Part shown: piece after piece, positions 8,386-21,720 of the stretch | Layout: each line of letters opens with the position of its first letter | Numbering within the stretch: position 1 is the first letter of the stretch | From: Bigelowiella natans CCMP2755 | Lineage: Eukaryota; Protista; Cercozoa | Reading direction: 5' to 3' | DNA length: 35,200 bases | Assembly: GCA_000320545.1 (NCBI GenBank) | Contig: ADNK01001818.1 | Coordinates: 1-35,200, forward strand | The notes under the pieces: generated by a model | What the model was told of the DNA's origin: nothing | Database searches by the model: none | Seen by the model: only the letters and a program-made list of their open reading frames with translations | Position numbers and translations under genes: made by a program

Positions 8386-9651
8386 GTACACGGATGTAAT
8401 GCGTGAGATGAATGAGACGTTCTTATCACCTCTGGCGACACAGTTATCTTATCAATGGTTTCCATTTGCTGGGATGTCTCCTGTGTACAGATATATAATT
8501 TAAAAAACAATAGTAATAAGAAGGTGTTCTACTTTTAAGATATTATAAATATCGTGGTTCTCGCACAAACAACAACAACATTTTAGTATCATCATATTTT
8601 TGTTTGATGTTATGGTATGCTGCTGCAACTACTCGCACTCCCAACTCGTTCTAAGATCCACCAAAACAAACAAACACGCACAGCAACACGCCCACCTTAA
8701 TGGACACGTAGGTCTTTTGTATGATGTGATCGGAGAAGTATGGATTCGCCGGATCGAATTCAAACTCCAAGATGAACCTGCAAAAGAGAGAAAGATGATG
8801 ACGATGACGACGATGATAATGATATGAAAATTGAAAAGTAAAAGTAATACTATCAGTGTATCAAGAACTCAAATACCCGCTTTGGCTCTGGGGAAGTGGT
8901 TTAGTTCGAATATCAATCAAGTATTCTAGACACCTAAGATGGCGGCAGCAGCAGCAAATTATCAACAAACATCATAGTAGGTAGGTAGGACAATGGCCTT
9001 TCTCTTATGTTCAAGTGATTTATGCAAGAACCATAAAATGGTGTCTGTCAGAATAAACGTTTCTGTGCACAACAACAAAAGGAAAGATGGATAGGGACGT
9101 TTTGCTGCTATATTTAGTAATGGTATCAGGTTTTTGGTTGTGAGTCACTTTTGGTCTTGATGAGTGATAAACTGCCGTAGGAAGCCATGATTAAGCATCG
9201 CTACCAACCAGAAACCCCTCAGTGCCAGCTCGTCGGAGCGACCTGCATAACATAACAAGTGGTTGGTTTGATAGCTGAGTAGCAGTACGATTTTATGGTG
9301 ATGATTGATTGATTCATTATTACAACCATAATAAAGATAATATATGAAGCAAATATATGCAGGATTGCGTGCATGTTGTCATATATTGTTCATATTTTGC
9401 CCCCGTATTCTTTTGTATCATCTGAGATTGCCAACACTACCTCTGATGATTTCTGACCGCTTTTCGATGAGAGGAGTATATCTAAAACATTATGCATGAA
9501 TGAGGCAGGATGAGTTGTACGCTGATTGATGAAAAGGGAGGAGTATTTGACACAACTACCAAAGCAAATTCATTGCACATTGAAGACACAATTCAACTAC
9601 GCAATTGGATTATTCCATCTCTCTCTCTCCCTCTCTCTCTCTCTCTCTATC

Positions 9652-9695
<44 letters not shown>

Positions 9696-10615
9696 TCCCA
9701 TCTCGTCATTATCTATGAACATTACTGAGTCTCATATCGCTTCTCGAGGGATTCAAGCTCGTGAAGATGCCTATGGTTGATTTTAAGTGTTTTAAGGAGA
9801 CAGGGGAAAGAAAGTAGGGCAAATGTATTCCTCGGAAGCTAGATTGCAGAGTCGTGATAGTCAGTGTTTACTTACTCTCTTTGGATATATTCATAATCAG
9901 CTTGCAGCTTAGCAAGTCGTTTCATCGTCTGATCTTTCTCTTTGTCTTCCTTGTCTAAGTTTGGGGATGATGATGAAGGTGTTGTCTCTGCTGCGAATCC
10001 TTCTGGAGTCGTCACACCCTCTTGCTTTCCGCAGTTGTTAGCCTAACAGCAGCAGCCAAAACTCACTCACCAGCGATTCAGGCAAAAATACATCATTGAA
10101 ACAGGAGGAAGTGTGGATGGATGAGGATTACCCACAGATAACAATTATACTGGCGACACTATTAAAAAAATCAAAACGTTTACACTTACTGGCTTGCAGC
10201 ACTTATCATCACCACACGAAGTCCTTTCTTCCTTGCCCTCATCCTCCCCGCCTTCTAGTCCGATGGCAGCTACCTCACCACTTCCAGGTGTATCTTTCGC
10301 GGGCTCGGCCGAATTTCCATTTTCTCCACCGCCCTGGTATCCCCGACAAGAGGAGCGGAGACCGCATCCATCGAAGCTGAGCCTGGAAATTATGAAGCTA
10401 CTCGGATGTTGCGAGAGCGAGGACGACGACCAAGGCACAATATCTCTTTGACGCTCGAGAGGAAAGCCTATGCCGCAGTAAGAACTGCTTAGAGAGATAA
10501 CTGACACGGCCATTGTGAATGCGAGGGCAAGGGCGAGAGCCTTGCATCGATGCCGTCTTCGATCTCCTCCTCCTCGCAGTTGCGGCAGCAAGGGGGGTCC
10601 GGCCCTCGGGGCCAT
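6942..10615 (-). CDS. Nucleosome assembly protein (NAP1/SET family histone chaperone), multi-exon, with N-terminal hydrophobic leader
   Basis: Spliced exons give NAP motifs in the expected order: YTPLIEKRSEIIRG (~9440..9480), GFWLVAMLNHGFLRQFITHQD (~9150..9240), LEYLIDIR, FILEFEFDPANPYFSDHIIQKTY (~8700..8775), ISWRS...SFFEW, EDLDIASIFKNFLIPYAYRWFTGDAA, then acidic tail DDFEEVVEDEEYN* (stop 6942..6944). The link to exon 1 (10190..10615) is inferred from GT-AG sites. Confidence 0.85.
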
Positions 10616-10731
10616 TGTCTAACTTGGTATCTGCTCTGGTGTCGCAGGGGGTATTTCCCCTTAGTTTGTACCATCAAAATTGGACATTTTATTGGGATTT
10701 CAAGACTGCGACATGCTTCTATTGTTGTCGC

Positions 10732-12053
10732 ATGCTGCTGGTTGCATGCAGGCGCATCTACTCATCTCCATCCGACGAAATCTATCTATCCATTGATAGT
10801 AAGTCCCCCACCCTACTACGTTTCAACTTGGAGGTCACCTGTGGCAGCGATTTGTATCAGGGCACTTATTGAGGGGATAGTTTTGGGCAATTCTCTCACA
10901 TTTTGACTTCTTATCTCCTTCCCTAATACCAACTGTGCAGCAGCCAGCTCGAGATGATGCGGAAGTACATGGGATTCCTCTGTAATAGACTATCATCATT
11001 CTCTCGGATTTGTCGCCGACCAGATGTGAAGACTCATGTGAAGCCCCTAGCTTTCTCGACCACCTCTACTAAAGCACCAAAGAGGTTTGGCTAGTAATCA
11101 CATCCAAACAGTGTGCGCGAAGGCCTTTCAGTGACTGCTTTGACCCATCAATTACTGAAATGTTTACCGCAATGACGACAGGTTTGCAGGTGTGGTAAAG
11201 CTAAAGCCTGAGATGTACAACCAGTTAAGAACCTTTAAGCAGCTAGCATCATATCCTCTGCAGAAGATGCATGATTGTTGCATGCTCCTCTCCTCATCGT
11301 GTATGCTTACTTAACTTGATATTCTTAACGTGTTTTAAGATATACCCGTTTGCACGACCACACGTGGGACGAGGTGATGAAGAGGATGTACGATTCCAAT
11401 ATGCGAAACTTCGTTGTGTACTACCATAAGGAGACGTCGCTCATGTTCCACCACTGGGAATACGTTGGTGATTTCCATTATTTTTCCTTTCTTTGACATA
11501 ATTACTGCACTCGATGAGTTTTTGCGATGATAATTATAAAGCACGGGTGACCACAAATTTTCGTTGTGATTTATCTTTGTAGGCTCAGATTTTGATGGAG
11601 ACATGAAGGCGATATCTGATGACGAAGTTGTTAGGAAGTGGTGGAGCTTCTGTGAACCGTGTCAGGTTTGCTTCCTTCACACTAAGTAACACATTTAAGA
11701 AACGACCGCACTTGAAGGATCATCGACATATCAGTCTTAGAAGGAGAAATTTTAGTGCAATCAATATCTCTGAACAGCGCACTACCTCCTCCTCCTTCTC
11801 CTCCTCCTCCTCCTCCTCCTCTTTTCGTTGGGTATTTTTTTCGTTCCGGCAATCCACATCCCTACCTGAATATACTAGGAACCGTTTAAGTGGGAGGGAC
11901 CTCCACCATCCAAAGGCGGTGATGGTGGCCCTGGTAACATGTCCTTCACCAATCGTCGTCCTCACCGTCGTCATTTTATCGTTAGTAGTAGTTCGATGTG
12001 ATCATGAAAATAGTCTGGGAATGGCAAGGGAGGGAAATATACCGAGAGAAGAG

Positions 12054-12102
<49 letters not shown>

Positions 12103-12134
12103 CCTAAACATTTCTTAACATATTTACTCAACCA

Positions 12135-12191
<57 letters not shown>

Positions 12192-12319
12192 TTGTGTGTA
12201 TACTTGTGTTATCTATGCAAAGATGGAAGCTGGTGGGCTCCAATGGAAGAAGTGAATCACTGCGGTAAATAGAATATTGACTGACAATATAAATCTACGC
12301 CTTTTATACATCATTTACA

Positions 12320-12357
<38 letters not shown>

Positions 12358-12737
12358 AACATAGAATAGCTTATACCCCATACATCCTCACTTTGGCCAA
12401 TAGACATGTTTTTACTCTCAGTATCTTTTGCTCTAACCCTCCTACTTCCTGTGTCCAGGTGCTTGGCCGGTGGCTTATTCATCCGAATTTCCAGACCCTG
12501 ATTTTGTGCCCAAAAACCCTGGTAATACCTAATACCGGCAGAGTATGTAGTAGGAACTTTTTGATAAAATACGCTATTTAGCTTACGCACTGCTGCAGTC
12601 GATTTGCTGGTCCACTACCCTTTTCTTCCCCCTTTTACTACTCTGCTGTTCTGCTTCGTGCTAAAGATTTATTGTATGCCTCCACAGAGGGAAAAACCAG
12701 CTCGTCAACCGAAACGGATGGCCTCGTTCAGATTTGA
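10732..12737 (+). CDS. L-rhamnose mutarotase (RhaM/DUF718) family protein, multi-exon; start approximate
   Basis: Spliced peptide RFAGVVKLKPEMYNQYTRLHDHTWDEVMKRMYDSNMRNFVVYY...MFHHWEYVGSDFDGDMKAISDDEVVRKWWSFCEPCQEP...WWAPMEEVNH matches the RhaM pattern (Y..xH..xW, EY.G.D, WW, W..MEEV.H). Stop TGA at 12735..12737. Confidence 0.85.
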
Positions 12738-13735
12738 AAATTTGAGATACATGGTGGATGATGAATATGCATGCAGCGAGTAGTCCACAAAAGATGTACA
12801 AAGATCACTGTGTAACATTTCTTTTGGATACCATGAGTTGCCATGTAGCTGCCTTACTGGATTATGTATCACCATTTAGCAGTTTACATCATCTTGTCTC
12901 ACATGTAGTATTGCTCTAGAGTTGCGCGTAACCTATACCACGTAAATATGTATCTGGACGGATGTTTTATTTTCCCAATATGGCTATGCTACGACAATTG
13001 ATAATGAAGCAATTCTACCACTGGTCCATACGCGATGTGTAATAGGTCCTGGAGGATAGAGTATTAAGTGCGACTGAGCTGGTATTTTGAGTTGGTCGAT
13101 CTACAAGTTGTATGCAATAGCCCACTCGCGCAACGCAACCAGCATGTCTAAATGCATCTAGGCAATGCTAGAATGTTCAAAGATGGACATTCAAGCAAGC
13201 AGAGGAACGATGAACAAGCTAGCTAGAGGACAAATGGCAGCAGAGGGAATTAGATCAACTAGTCGAGCGACACTGTGAGTGTGGATCCGATGGCGGCCTC
13301 GCAGGGCAAGTTGAGGTGCCCACATGCAGGTAGCCGCTGCCATGTTGTTTGATACAATCTGTTTTGGTTTTGCATCATAGAATGTTGCAGTGCATATGTG
13401 TTAGTCAAAGCTAGAAAGCTACGCTTGTCACCCAGCTGCATACTTATATTCATCAGCAATTTATGAGATAAATATACACGCATGCGGTCATTGAACAATC
13501 TACTTAAAACGTCTGCTAGCCCGCTGCGCTATTAGTACGCCATTCGCGCACAATGGCACATGACAATGCAATTTCGAGGCATCATTTTTCCCATAGCACT
13601 GTAATAATCTTGACACGATCACTCGTGGTCGCAAGGTAATGTAAATGCCTAGTAGATGCGCTTTATATTCGCGGATTGCTATTCTACTACAAGATCTGGC
13701 TAGAATCAGAAGCTACGCAGAAACATCTTAACAAA

Positions 13736-14287
13736 TTATTCTGCAGCTTTTGGAGAGTCTACATCGGCTTCGACAAGTAACTTGCTTAAATCTATAGCAC
13801 CTGAGAAAGCAACCAACATCGAACCAGGGTTTGTTCACAACGGAAGTACATGAGAACAATTACCTATTGCGGATCGAAGTTCTTCTCCGCCTGAACAAAA
13901 AAACAAGAGAACACGTCAAGCTACGATACAACCGATAATGGCTCAATGGATGCGTGATACCACTGCCCAAGCGTGTCCTGGCATCTTCTTGCATGTCTTG
14001 CTCTTCCTCCTCGGCCTTCATCACATGTGCCCTCATCTCGTCATCCTTCGTTCCGCTTATAATCTTTGATTATAGAGACGATAATGACGAATTTAAGCAG
14101 AAGGCCGAAACACCAAAATGCGAATAAAGATAAAATAGGTAGGATTCTCTTCTCTTGAAGAAATATTCACCACCTTTGCCCTATCAACTAGTTGCTTCAA
14201 ATCGTCCTGATATAAATAATGAAACAGCGGCTTTGATTCAGCAAGATGACATGGAAAGTAGGAGTAATGACAACGTAAACGCAATCA

Positions 14288-14337
<50 letters not shown>

Positions 14338-16742
14338 ACGGAAATATAATGAAGGTTTATCCTTGTGGGAGAGGATACTTGCTTGGCATCGACGTTAGAG
14401 TTGTTGCAATTGTTGCTATTGGCAACATGTGATTCATTTATGTCGCGATTTCTGCTACTGCTGCTCTTTAATATTTCATGCCATCTCTTTTTTGTTTGTT
14501 TCGAGGCCATATTAATATTTGGAGGAAGGGGGGAGAGTCAGAAAGATAATGTTTATTGTGATTCCCAATAATCCAATTCAACCAAAGGAAATATCAACGG
14601 AAGCAGCCGGTATAACGGACATTAGGTATAACGGACAATAATGTCAGCAGTGCGATGATTTTCTAGGAGGATGAAACTCTACAAGTACTCGATTGGATTA
14701 TCACATGGATCGACACTGAATAATGCCCAGTAATAGCTCACCTCGTTGATGACTTGATGCATGACGTCTGTTTCCTGGGAAAGTTTCTTTGCAACATCTT
14801 CCTCAAAAAGCATCTGCAAAGGAAACCATTCGAACGATGATCATCATGATTACAGACAAGCAAACTGCGCTGAAATAAGATGAGGAGGAAAGGCGTTGCT
14901 GCTACCTCTCCCTTGAACCCATCCATTACTCCAGCTAATATGTGTCCATCTCCTATCGAAAATACGTCCCTTTCGTGTGGACTCGTTTCCCTGTATAAAC
15001 AACAAATATGATATATGATAATGACTGATGATGATGATGATAGCAATAGTCATCATAATGATGATAAACGAACTCCACCTTGAGACTGAAGAGCCGATAC
15101 TCGACGCAACGCGATTTCTAGTACCGTTGGCACTTATGTGCCTTTGGTGGCTGGCAGGTGAAGACCGTTTGGAAGAGGTGGACGATGGCTGCGGTATCAC
15201 TAACTGTTCGGGCCTCTTTTTTTTAATTGTCGTAGCCGACGTAGGACTAATAAGCTGTTCGACAGCAGCAGTGCTGTCAGCAGTAGTAGCCTTCAATTCA
15301 TCCGGTGGGAGGGGGGGGGGAGGAGGGGGGGGCAATCCCATAGGAGAATTTGGCTCGATACTCCTTTTAAGGCTACTATTTTCAGGATGTACAGGAACGA
15401 CTCTCTCGGGGGGCGGAGGCGAAGCGAGGGAGCTTCTATTGCTACTAATACGTTGGGCGGGGGATATAGGGCGGTCGTTGAGAGGACGCTGTATAGAGAT
15501 ACGGGGTGCTGGTGAAATTCTGCCCCCCCTACTTCGCCGTTTTTTAGGGCTCACGATCGGCGTCTTGTTTTTTAGCTCAACGGTGTATACTACGTCCTCC
15601 TAGATCAGGATTTCAAGTTTAAATTTTCAGGGGCTTTGCTTACGAAATGAAACGATCCGAATCTAGCTTAATTATCAAAAGACTTCTACAGCTACTACTT
15701 ACAAAGATCACTTAGCAAGAAGCTGCAACAAGTACAGCATGGACACTTAGTATAACTCACCTGGAGGACGAGCTGAAACGAAAGTGTATATAACGGTGCT
15801 ACAGCTCGGATAAACCTATGAAGATCAATCAACAAGGATAAGATAACAAATTGTTTCAAAACGAATAATCCCACCCAGGGTTTCAACAAAGATAGTTGTG
15901 TATGACCATTTCAGAGCCTCTAGGTCGTTGAATATAGATTCCTTCTCTTCATACCACACTTCTATTAATTTTTGCTGCAGAAAAGAAGTAGGGAAATTGT
16001 TATGTATGGTGTGAGATTGTTATTATCCTTAAACATCCCAGCCCTTCTAAATCTATCCGAACGCGTACTACCTGCGTTGCGATAAGCTTCATGGTGATGT
16101 AGAAGCGATTTGCATTGAGTAGGTGCCGTAGCCAGGCACGCCCCCTTTAGGATTGAACGAAAACAATTTCAGAATATAACATCATTTTCTCTTGTCTGTC
16201 TCATTTATACCTTGCACTATTATCATCACCTTCGAAGTAAAGACTACCCACAAATTTAATGTCCGACTGTAAAGAAGAAGGAACAATTTACATGCGGTCA
16301 GCCAAAACATCGTGGATTTCTAAGTAGAAACGAATTTCCTACCACATAGAAGTAATATTCGCGAGCAGTGACAGCCACAGCTTGAGCAAAAGGCCAGTAG
16401 TTTCCCTTCCTTGCATGTTTCCCCTGTGCCATATTCGGTCAAGTGAGTTTTGAATCATTTTGTTCACATTTTTCACATCGGAACCTTAAGGCCATAAAGA
16501 AAGACGCATTCGAGGTATTTCAGAAGCTCCATACACTAAAATAATATCAATCACAGATGATGTATTGTTAGTTATTGTTTATAATTTTTATTACGAGCAC
16601 TCACCTGCATCCTTTTTTTACTGTCTTTCTCCTTCTGGTTTGAGCGACTTGTCACTTGCCTCACAGTTTTCTGCAACGAAGTCAGCAGCTGATTGGTGTA
16701 AGTATTTGGATGATGAGGCTTCTTTAGCGTGACGGAGCTCAT
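13736..16742 (-). CDS. RUN-domain protein with Pro/Ser-rich middle and coiled-coil-like C-terminus, multi-exon
   Basis: Exons encode GRAWLRHLLN (~16115..16145), LIEVWYEEKESIF and APLYTLSFQL, which are the C-terminal blocks of the RUN domain. Large low-complexity exon at ~15080..15600. Last exon ...DSPKAAE* (13736). Confidence 0.75.
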
Positions 16743-17331
16743 GGTGCTAAAAAGCACCCTCGGAGGGGTTTAGAGACAAAGGCGAGGTTTGCTTATGAAG
16801 ACGGGTATGCCTCCATTCTGACCCAATTCAGTCATTCAAAACCAAAGTCATACTTAACGTTATGAGGAAATAAGGTCAATTTCTTTATGCGACAATGATA
16901 TGTTTGACAACTAGAACCTTTTGGTGTCTCGATCTTGAACTTGTACATCATGCGACAGAGAATGCTTAATTCTCTTGAATAAACCGGTCAATCAATACCG
17001 GTGTATGAGGTAATTTACCGACAATACTCTGTTCAGAATGCTCGTACTGCCTGCATCAATCACGTGTTGAAATCACAATACAGCCAGTCGGAGGCGTGCC
17101 TTCACTGAAAAATAGTTGCACCAGGAGAATCTGCACAGCTAGAAGTTGTTGTAGATGTTGTAGAGGGAACGGTAAATCTACTCCGAGCTTTTTCGATTCC
17201 CCGTGCCGAAATCCACTGGAAATGGATCATGTAAACGCCGGATATTTCGTGTATACGACATCATGAACGACTGACAAATTCCCAAGAATAATCTGGAGGC
17301 CTGCGCTTCCGATGGCTTCTGGTACAGTGAT

Positions 17332-19257
17332 ATGCACGTACGTGTCCGCCAGCTAGGTCTGGTATGCGTGCGCGTCGTGGCCCTGGCCTCAGCTTATCTA
17401 TTGGTTCAAAAGCTTGTTACAACTCAGCGAAGATTTAGATATGAACAGGAAGAATATCTTCCAGAGGTCATATCATTCGGTACTGCTAGCACAGGAATGC
17501 TCCGAGCAATGACCAATCTTCAGTCATCACCGAGATTGAGCAAAAGACGGAGGGACGAAACACCAAATCGTAGGCTGAAGCGGAGGGGAAATGATGTGGA
17601 TAGTTCAGAAGTATCGAGCTCTCCTCTGCCCCCCCCACCACCTCCCGCCCCTCCAGATCCACCACCAGTTATTCCTCCAGATATCATCGGGCTTAAGATA
17701 AAGTGCCCCTTTGATTTGCCTCCAACGAGCCCCTTTGACGTTAATTCGAACATGACTTCAATACTTTGGCACGATAGTCCATTGATTAGAGACATCGTTC
17801 CGTATTCCACGGACACCGAGGAGAAGGTCAGAGAATTAAAATGCTATTCTTCTTTGTGAACAACATTTTGACGAATTCTATGCAGGAATTATTCCGTGAG
17901 AGCGAGGAAATGAGCAATGATCACTCTGACATGAATAGCAGTAGTCTATGTGACTCTGATAGTCGCAGCATCTCGGAACTACTTGCTGCTAATCCGCGTC
18001 CCAAAAGAAGTCATTTCGAGACCCAGGTATATAACGTGGATTAAGAATTGTTGCATATCTCAGTTTTATCAAACTTTCGTATCATGCTTTCCTTTCTAAA
18101 GTATGAACATATCCGGGTATTGAGAGGTAATATATTCGTAGACGCCGAATAGCTCCGATATTGATTGCACGGAATACTCATATGATGGTTGCATCGAGCC
18201 AAAGGTAGGTCTCCGCACATTTGTTACCATTTAACTTTGCTACCCAATTTTAGCTATAATTTTAAACAATACATGGTATTATTATCATCTCTGATTGATG
18301 GTGGGTATCTTTATGAACTATTAGGCACAAGAGTTGCCTTTGTGGGCCCCGGTTTCCTTACACTTCGTTTAAAATATGTCAGTAGAGACCGTCTTTGATT
18401 TTATGGTGTGTGTTTTTTTCCTAAGGTTCTTTCTGAGTTCCGCGCGAATCCAAAAGCACTTAAGTATCTAAAAACATACGGTACCCTAAGCTCGTGTCTA
18501 ATAGAGCGGCATACATGAACTACCTTCATTTCCAGAAACTACGACCTTGAATGAGGACCCGGTGGCCACTGAGATGATGGTTCACGACCCAATTCTTCCC
18601 CTCCTTTATACTGACTCCGGTAAGCGTGATTTTTCCTTATTCTACATTATCATGCAATGTCAATTTTCCAATCATTTTTGTGTGACATACAGGATGGGGC
18701 GTCTTATCAGCAGCTGCTTTGCTGAAAGGGAGAACTGCAGAAAAATCACCTCATACAAGATTTGCAGTTCAAGAAAGTGCTGTCATGGCACGCCCGCCTC
18801 CTCGTGGCGATATTGCAATAAACACGCTTCTCACTTCAAATGCTTCTTCGTTGGACGATGCGAAAGAAAATGATGAAACCTCGAAGAACATATCCTTCCT
18901 CAAGGCATGGTCAGAGTTGTATCCTGGTTCGGTTCCATCGATGGAAACTACTTCGGGTTCATTTGCCCCACTGCCTTTCTCACATTTTGCCCTTCCGCTC
19001 AAATCAATGGGTCAGATAATTACGTGATTATTTAAGGCACTTGAAAACACTGTGATACATTCTAATCACGAGCAGATTGTTCATACATAAATAATCTACT
19101 GTCCTGGCGTATGAATATGTACTCGTCCACACTCCCACATCATCTGAACATCCCTTTTCCAGGTGGGATATGCATGGATCCAAACTCCAACTTTCTGATG
19201 CTTGTGGACCCAATACAACGACAGGTTTTTTTATTTATTTATGTGGGGACTTATTCT

Positions 19258-19298
<41 letters not shown>

Positions 19299-21535
19299 CA
19301 TTAGTCTTTTTCTCTGAACCGCTTTCATTTTTTATCAAAGGTATTTCGCATCAGCCCAACTGGGAGAGTGAGCACGATTGGAGGAGGGTTGCGAACGGCA
19401 GAGAGAGCTTCCGGCTTGGAAATGGATTTGTCTGACATCCTCGTTCCGATCTCATCCCCGATGATGCGGAAAGATGATTATGGTACGGAGATGTCTGCTG
19501 CCGTGAGCCCTTCTTCCTCTGTCAAAAAGGAGGGAGGACCCCGCGATGGCTTAGGGCGACAGGCTCAATTCCTTACACCCAGCGGAATTACGGTCTGATC
19601 ATTGTCATTAGCGTAAATATCAAGCAACAATTCTTGTGACCGCTTCTTCTTCTTCTTCATCTTCTTCTTCTTCTTCTTCTTCTCTTATCAGGTGGACGCC
19701 AACGGGGCAAGCTACGTATGTGACACTGGCGCTCGAACGATCCGTAAAATTTCCCTTGATTTACAGAATCCTCAGAAACGACTCTATGACGTAACAACTC
19801 TGGCTGGAAGTTATACTAGTAGTTTTGATGGCACGCGGCCGGTGATGATGATGATGATGATGAGCACCAAAACGGACGCGTTGATAGTGGATGGTGTCGG
19901 TAGTAATGCGCGGTTTCATTCCCCCACGGGCATTGCGTTCTCAGCCTTTGATCATAGTTTATATATTACGGAGTCCTTGATCGGGAGAATCCGTCGTGTA
20001 AGTTTGCCAGATGGTAATGTCACCACGTTAGGGGTGCGACTGCATTGTTCCTCCCCCACTCCTTCTCTACTGCGCACAACGGGAATCACAGTGTCCCCTA
20101 TAGACGGAACCATCTTCGTTTGTTCCGGCACGTGCGTTCACCATGTACATCCGAATGGAACCTTGATCCAAACCTTCGGGAAAAAGTATGATAAATATCC
20201 TTCTCAAAGTATCATCTCATCGCCATCATCTCGCTGGTGGAGAAGCCACTCTCCTTTGAGAGAGAAGAAGGGCGAGAAGGAGAAAACGAGGAAATCTACG
20301 AGAGCTGCAAATGCGGATTATATTGAACATGTTTTACCTCCTATGCCCGATCTCCAATGGACAACGAGAGACCAATTTGTAGAGAGTGATAATGCAATGT
20401 CATCGCTCTGTTTTCTTGATGGACATGCATCAGAAGCACGATTTGTGCAGGTGGCAGACGTTGCCGTCGGAAGGAGAGGGGAGCTATATGTCACTGAATT
20501 TGCACAAAATGTAATCCGGGTACTGGATCGCCGTCGTCCTATCTTCAATGGCTACAAACAGGGACCTTTGGAGGTATTGCGACTCTTTCTTTGCAAGAGG
20601 GTACCGCTGGTTTCTTTTCTTGCTAATCATCCCCCTCATGCCTATCCACCATCAATTAAGTAATAATGGCTTGATAATATCGCAGTTTTCAGTTTGGGCA
20701 GGAAACGGTGAAAAGGGCTGGAGAGATGGAATGATATCGAGCGCACATTTCAATGCTCCGCAGGGCATTACCACAGATAGGTATCGGCCACGCCAAACAC
20801 ATATGTCTTATCGCGCATACCCATCAATACGTTTCGAGATTATATTATTATGTCAGGGAAGGCAACCTATATATCGCCGAGATCGGAACGCTGAAGATCC
20901 GTAAAATAGCCCAGGTTGATAAGAACAACGATGTAATCACCATGGTCCTGGGAGAGTTGTAAATATGAAGATGCTGATTATGATCATACTGCTCTCCGGA
21001 GTGTTGTCCTGACAATTGAATTATAAGCTGGGGCTTTTGTGTAAGGTGTCCGAATCGGATCGTGTGAACGACATGTTATTTCCCGACAAGTACGAGCTAC
21101 ATGGACGGGTGAAAAAGGTGAGGGTATCACATCATATATTTTGTCTCGATAGTGAAAAAGGCCAAAATGCAATTCTTCTTCATTATGTATTCGTTAAGTG
21201 GCGGACCGAAGATGAGTTGAGTAGGAAGCTGCTCAGAAAAGTATCTAGAGACCTTCGGAGGTAAATTCAATTTCAACATCGTCGATTTTTGTAGAAATTA
21301 CATGAGTTGTCTCCTTGTGGTAAGGTCACGCCATGACGTTTTTGGGACATTGAACATTGAGGCGAAGAAACCAAAATTAGAGGAGCTACTTTTAAAATTA
21401 AAAAGAAAAAGTAGAAGAACGACTCGAGGTACTACTAAGACAGACAGGGATATAAGTACAGACATGAGTAGCGTCGGTGGCCAGGATCAGAAAGTTCGTT
21501 CCTGTGTTAGTGATGAAGTGAGCAGCATAGCCTGA
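17332..21535 (+). CDS. NHL-repeat (beta-propeller) protein with N-terminal hydrophobic segment and polyproline tract, multi-exon; 3' end approximate
   Basis: Repeated NHL motifs: DGLGRQAQFLTPSGIT-VDANGASYVCDTGARTIRKI; DGVGSNARFHSPTGIAF; DGHASEARFVQVADVAVGRRGELYVTE; AGNGEKGWRDG...AHFNAPQGIT-EGNLYIAEIGTLKIRKI (~19540..20910). Confidence 0.8.
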
Positions 21536-21677
21536 TTTACAGGTTGTGAAATCATGGCGATGGTGAGTAGCAATGATGAACGAAATAAAGAAACTTCATA
21601 TTGTAAATCATGTGCAACGCACATGGTGAGACGATCGCAACACTGGTTCGCCATACTCATTGTCGTATTGCGTGACA

Positions 21678-21720
<43 letters not shown>

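Noticed and set aside
14609-14637. Direct repeat GGTATAACGGACA x2 (also a ~21-bp duplication at ~27192..27235 and ATGCTTATC repeats at ~21940..21966)
   Set aside because: Only 2-3 adjacent units with no spacers; ordinary slippage duplications, not CRISPR-like.
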